Below, one piece after another: positions 63,623 to 64,000 of a stretch of DNA of 64,000 nt. This stretch comes from Amphiscolops sp. MND2022 (lineage: Eukaryota): contig OZ076410.1 of assembly GCA_964187785.1 (NCBI GenBank), positions 310,001 through 374,000 on the forward strand, in the 5' to 3' direction. The translations under genes were made by a program, and so were the position numbers. The notes under the pieces were generated by a model. That model worked only from the letters and a program-made list of their open reading frames with translations. It searched no databases and was not told the origin of the DNA. Position 1 is the stretch's first letter. Each line of letters opens with the position of its first letter.

Positions 63623-64000
63623 TAAATTAGGTATTAACTGAAGTTCGCGGAGATCGTGGAGATTTGGCAGAATTGGTTAAAAACACTACACAGATTATGA
63701 TTTCCTCCCCCATTCACAAATAATATTGTGGGGGCGGAAAATAATACTGTTATAAATCTCTCGTTACAATATCAGTTGAAGGTATATGAGGGACATAAGA
63801 CAAGTCAACCCAACAGTATGCTTCGAGCAATAACCCGTATCACTGTTTAATATGATTTGCCCTAGTCATTTTTGATTTTACTTACTTCAGGAAACACCCA
63901 TCACGCTATGAGACACTTCATCATTTACTTCGTTTTCCTAAGAGGCTTGCCAAAACCTTTTCGAATATCTTTGAAAACAACAACAACGTAGAAATCTCCC

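Overview
AT-rich, repeat-dense animal (invertebrate) genomic DNA. The only host gene I can support is the 5' two-thirds of a class A (rhodopsin-like) GPCR on the + strand. It has four short GC3-rich exons (2440-2638, 9904-10124, 12382-12532, 23411-23569) that splice in frame and encode TM1-TM5. I found no TM6-7 exon in the window. The rest is mostly repeats: a ~983-bp tandem triplication, a 118-bp satellite with higher-order structure, a near-identical 1.85-kb tandem duplication, a Polinton/Maverick relic, a decayed Gypsy integrase, tRNA-derived heads, an abundant interspersed family and several MITEs with 9-bp TSDs. There are also two LTR retrotransposons with both LTRs and TSDs but disrupted gag-pol: a BEL/Pao element (33782-42856, +) and a Ty3/Gypsy element (53778-59621, -). 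The BEL/Pao element is the most unusual feature. It carries an intact extra ORF upstream of gag with SGNH-hydrolase-like motifs, a tRNA-like Pol III unit inside both LTRs, and twin covarying RNA hairpins just before gag. All family assignments come from motif recognition by eye; no database searches were run.
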